Positions 7,591-10,192 of a stretch of DNA of 10,192 nucleotides are shown piece after piece (positions within the stretch are counted from its first letter, which is position 1; every line of letters starts with the position of its first letter). The position numbers and the translations under genes are program-made. Origin of the DNA: Candidatus Krumholzibacteriia bacterium. Lineage in GTDB: Bacteria; Krumholzibacteriota; Krumholzibacteriia; WVZY01. The stretch covers positions 1 to 10,192 of the forward strand of contig JBHHVD010000100.1 in assembly GCA_046754105.1 (NCBI GenBank). The letters are read 5' to 3'. A model generated the notes under the pieces. It was not told the DNA's origin. It worked only from the letters and a program-made list of their open reading frames with translations, and did no database searches.

Positions 7591-8478
7591 ATGCGAACAA
7601 TAGGGGGCCCCGTGCCCCCTATTGTCGTTTGCGTGCTCGCGGTTGCCGTTGCGGCCGGGTGCGAGAGGCGCCCGGTGTCGTCGCAGCGCGAAGGGACGTC
7701 CCAGGTCCTCGTACGAGTCGATGGCAAGGCGCTGACCCGGCGAGAGTTCAACTACTATCTACCCGAAGATTATCAGAAGATACTCACCTCCGACGAGCGC
7801 AGAGAGTATCTCGATCGTTGGGTCACGACGCAACTGCTTTACAACGAGGTGATCCAGTCGGGCGCCGGGATCGGGCCGGAGGTAAAAGCGCGCCTGAAAC
7901 AGTACGAAAAGGACCTGGTCGCGGACCTGCTGGTGCAGAAAGTCATCCAGGAGAACGCCGTCGTCAGCGACGCGGAGGTTCTGAGGTACTACGAAGCGCG
8001 CGAGCGGCAGTACAAGACCGACTACCGGGTAAGTCACATTCTCGTGAATACGCTCGAGGACGCGCAGAAGGTGAAGAACCAGATTGGAAAGCGCGGATTC
8101 ACTTACCTGGCACGGAGGTATTCCATCGATAAACACTCTGGCGGTGGCGGCGATCTTGGTTATCTTTCTAAGGGGAACATGATCGCCGAGTTCGAAAACG
8201 TCGTCTTCGATATGAAGGTGGGCGATGTCAGTGACATCATCGAGTCGGAATTCGGGTATCACATTATAAAAATTACCGATATCCGCCCCGCGCGCGTGAA
8301 GCTCGCCTTCGAAGACGTCCACGAAGAGATCGCCAGCCTGCTCACGCTGGAGAAACGGGAAGCGGTTTACGATAGCCTGGTGGCCGCGCTCTATGCCGCC
8401 GCGGAAATCGAGTACATGGACGTTCCGGGCTGGGAAGCGGAGACGACGATCGATACGGTGTCGGCTGCGCCGCGTTAG
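7591..8478 (+). CDS. Parvulin-type peptidyl-prolyl cis-trans isomerase lipoprotein (PrsA/EpsD-like foldase), about 295 aa
   Basis: Hydrophobic IVVCVLAVAV followed by lipobox AAG-C (Cys codon 7660). N domain LVRVDGKALTRREF...YLDRWVTTQLLY. Intact parvulin VSHILV...FTYLARRYSID...GGDLGY...MIAEFE...VGDVSDIIESEFGYHIIKI. ATG 7591 (AGGA upstream, Cys at residue 24) is preferred over GTG 7564, but the start is uncertain. Confidence 0.88.
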   Translation: MRTIGGPVPPIVVCVLAVAVAAGCERRPVSSQREGTSQVLVRVDGKALTRREFNYYLPEDYQKILTSDERREYLDRWVTTQLLYNEVIQSGAGIGPEVKARLKQYEKDLVADLLVQKVIQENAVVSDAEVLRYYEARERQYKTDYRVSHILVNTLEDAQKVKNQIGKRGFTYLARRYSIDKHSGGGGDLGYLSKGNMIAEFENVVFDMKVGDVSDIIESEFGYHIIKITDIRPARVKLAFEDVHEEIASLLTLEKREAVYDSLVAALYAAAEIEYMDVPGWEAETTIDTVSAAPR

Positions 8479-8533
8479 CCCGATCCAGGGCAGGAGACAG
8501 GCCGGCGGGAAGGGCCGAATTGTGGAGATGTCG

Positions 8534-9850
8534 ATGAAAACGAAAGCGTACCGCACCATAATCTTGCTGGCGGCAGTCGCGGCTGCCGGCTGGGTGTCCC
8601 ACGCCGGCGCCGAGAAAAAGCTGGTCGACAGGGTGGTGGCGGTGGTCGAAGACAATGCCATATTTCAAAGCGACATCGAACAGACGATCAAACAGTTCCT
8701 GGTTCAGCGGGGAAAGACAAGCCTGCAGGCGAGTGAGCGCGCCACGCTCGAGCAGCAGGCGCTGGACGAGCTGATAGACGCGAAGCTCGTTCTGGCGAAG
8801 GCCCGGCGCCTCGGTATCGAGGTGACGTTCGACGAAGTGGAAAGGGCCGTTGAGAAGGCCATCGAAGAAAACAAACGCACGCTGGGAGGAGACGATGCGT
8901 TCCGGCGCCAGCTCGAGGCGGAAAAGCTGAGCATCGATGAGCTCAAGCGCCTCTATCGCGAGCAACTCAGTAACCGCATGCTGGTCGACCGGGTACTTGC
9001 CAGGGAGATCAGCCGCGGATCGCTCAAGGTGACGGAAGACGACCTGCTGGCAGCGTACGAAAAGAAAAAGCACGAGTTGCCGATACGGCCGCCGGTCGTG
9101 CACCTGCAGACCGTCTACATTGCGCTCGAGTCTTCGGAGAACGCGCGCGCCCAGGCGAAAAAGAAGATCGAGGAACTGCACGCACGGCTCCTGGCCGGAG
9201 ACGACTTCGCCGAGGTGGCCGAGGAGCAGTCCGAGGATCCAAGCGCGAAACGCGGGGGCAGCCTGGGGACGCTGAAACTAGCGGACCTGAGCGATCGAAA
9301 GTTCGCCGCTGCGGCGGCCGCGCTTTCCGTCGGTGAGATCAGCCCGCCGGTCCTGACTTCGTACGGGTACCACCTGATACAAGTGACGGGAGCGGACAGT
9401 ACGGTCGGTGAAGTATCGCTTCGCCACATTCTCGTCCGAATCAAGCCCGGTGAAGACGACATTCAGGCCGTATTCGCGAGGGCGAAAGAGGTTTACCGGC
9501 AGCTCGTCGAGGGAGCGCCCTTCGATTCGATCGCGATGCGGTACAGTGACGATGAACCGACTGCCCCCCTCGGGGGAGACCTGGGATGGCTGCGGGTCAA
9601 GGACCTCCCCGAGTTTTTCCAGGAGGTTCTCAAGACCATGAAACCGGGAGACATGAGCCAGGTCCTGCGGGAGCCCACCGGGTTTCGTATTGTCCGCCTG
9701 ATCGAACGCGAGGAAGGGCGGCCGTTCGAGTTTGCGGAAGTCCGGGAGGAAATTCGCAAGATGGTCGAATCAGAAAAGATGACCACGGCGTACGACACGT
9801 ATCTCGCCGGTCTGCGCGGCGAGTTCTACGTCGAAACGCGTGAAGACTAG
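8534..9850 (+). CDS. surA: Periplasmic chaperone / peptidyl-prolyl isomerase SurA, 438 aa
   Basis: Start reassigned to ATG 8534 (GGAG at 8524-8527, 6 nt spacing). Sec signal peptide MKTKAYRTIILLAAVAAAGWVSHAGA|EK. SurA N-terminal motif LVDRVVAVVEDNAIFQSDI and ALDELIDAKLVLAKARRLGIEV. Two parvulin domains (FAEVAEEQSEDPSAKRGGSLG...GEISPPVLTSYGYHLI; RHILV...FDSIAMRYSDD...GGDLGW). C-terminal helix ends YLAGLRGEFYVE. Confidence 0.88.
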   Translation: MKTKAYRTIILLAAVAAAGWVSHAGAEKKLVDRVVAVVEDNAIFQSDIEQTIKQFLVQRGKTSLQASERATLEQQALDELIDAKLVLAKARRLGIEVTFDEVERAVEKAIEENKRTLGGDDAFRRQLEAEKLSIDELKRLYREQLSNRMLVDRVLAREISRGSLKVTEDDLLAAYEKKKHELPIRPPVVHLQTVYIALESSENARAQAKKKIEELHARLLAGDDFAEVAEEQSEDPSAKRGGSLGTLKLADLSDRKFAAAAAALSVGEISPPVLTSYGYHLIQVTGADSTVGEVSLRHILVRIKPGEDDIQAVFARAKEVYRQLVEGAPFDSIAMRYSDDEPTAPLGGDLGWLRVKDLPEFFQEVLKTMKPGDMSQVLREPTGFRIVRLIEREEGRPFEFAEVREEIRKMVESEKMTTAYDTYLAGLRGEFYVETRED

Positions 9851-9853
9851 ATC

Positions 9854-10105
9854 GTGCGAATCGATTTGGCACTCAAGTACCTGTGCCTGATGAAGAGCCG
9901 CTCCGGGGTCAAGATGCTCTGCGAGCGGAACGCGGTGACCGTGAACGCGAAGCCGGCGAAGGCCTCCTCCACCGTTCATGCCGGCGATCGGGTTTCGATC
10001 GCCTACCCCTCCCACACGCTGACCGTAGAGCTACTCGATGTGCCCCGGAAACAGTTGAGCAAGCCGCTCGCGCCCGCGTATTATGAGATCATCGAAGACG
10101 GCTAG
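9854..10105 (+). CDS. Stand-alone S4 RNA-binding domain protein (RqcP/YabO-like; Hsp15/HslR-related 50S quality-control family), 83 aa
   Basis: GTG start 3 nt after the surA stop. MRID.ALK...LMKSRS..K..C....V.VN...AKASS.V..GD.V.I matches the S4 pattern of YabO/RqcP (MRLDKFLK...IKRR...K......I.ING..AKASS.VK.GD.L). It ends in ...YYEII without the C-terminal extension of Hsp15. Confidence 0.85.
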   Translation: MRIDLALKYLCLMKSRSGVKMLCERNAVTVNAKPAKASSTVHAGDRVSIAYPSHTLTVELLDVPRKQLSKPLAPAYYEIIEDG

Positions 10106-10130
10106 CGGCGCCGGCGGAACGCCCCCGGCT

Positions 10131-10160
10131 CGGCCGGCATCGAGCGGCCGTCCTTGGTTT
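10131..10160 (+). terminator. Possible weak intrinsic terminator after the S4 gene
   Basis: Stem CGGCCG (10131-10136) / CGGCCG (10145-10150) with an 8-nt loop, followed by an interrupted U-tract TCCTTGGTTT. Confidence 0.25.
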
Positions 10161-10192
10161 GGGGGCGGGCTCGGGGGGGTGTCTCCGTCCCG

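Noticed and set aside
8247..8275. AT-rich patch ATTATAAAAATTA with upstream GGAATT as a possible internal (sigma70 or sigmaE) promoter for surA
   Set aside because: No correctly spaced -35/-10 pair, and the encoded HIIKI sequence largely explains the AT content.
8393..8533. N-terminal extension of surA overlapping the previous gene
   Set aside because: GGAG spacing and the signal peptide fit ATG 8534. The extension would bury the signal peptide and overlap the upstream CDS by 86 nt.
1..10192. CRISPR arrays, tRNA/rRNA genes, transposases/integrases, toxin-antitoxin or defence genes
   Set aside because: No regularly spaced repeats, RNA gene signatures or relevant protein motifs were seen. The six CDSs and short spacers account for the whole window.

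Overview
GC-rich bacterial chromosomal window with six co-oriented + strand genes, all housekeeping or envelope related. In order: a 5'-incomplete BatA/vWA multidomain membrane protein; transcription-repair coupling factor Mfd; three parvulin-type periplasmic foldases (an internally duplicated PrsA-like lipoprotein, a single-parvulin PrsA/EpsD-like lipoprotein, and SurA); and a stand-alone S4-domain protein of the RqcP/YabO-Hsp15 group. SurA implies a diderm host. I see no mobile element, CRISPR array, tRNA, rRNA or defence system, and I cannot support a wholly new system. The most notable points are a tandem 'double PrsA' lipoprotein whose two parvulin domains both lack the conserved histidines, uneven active-site conservation across the five parvulin domains, an anomalous 5' end of the BatA gene, an AT-rich palindrome inside mfd, and a probable internal promoter with a long leader before the foldase genes. 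All calls come from reading motifs by eye; no searches were run.
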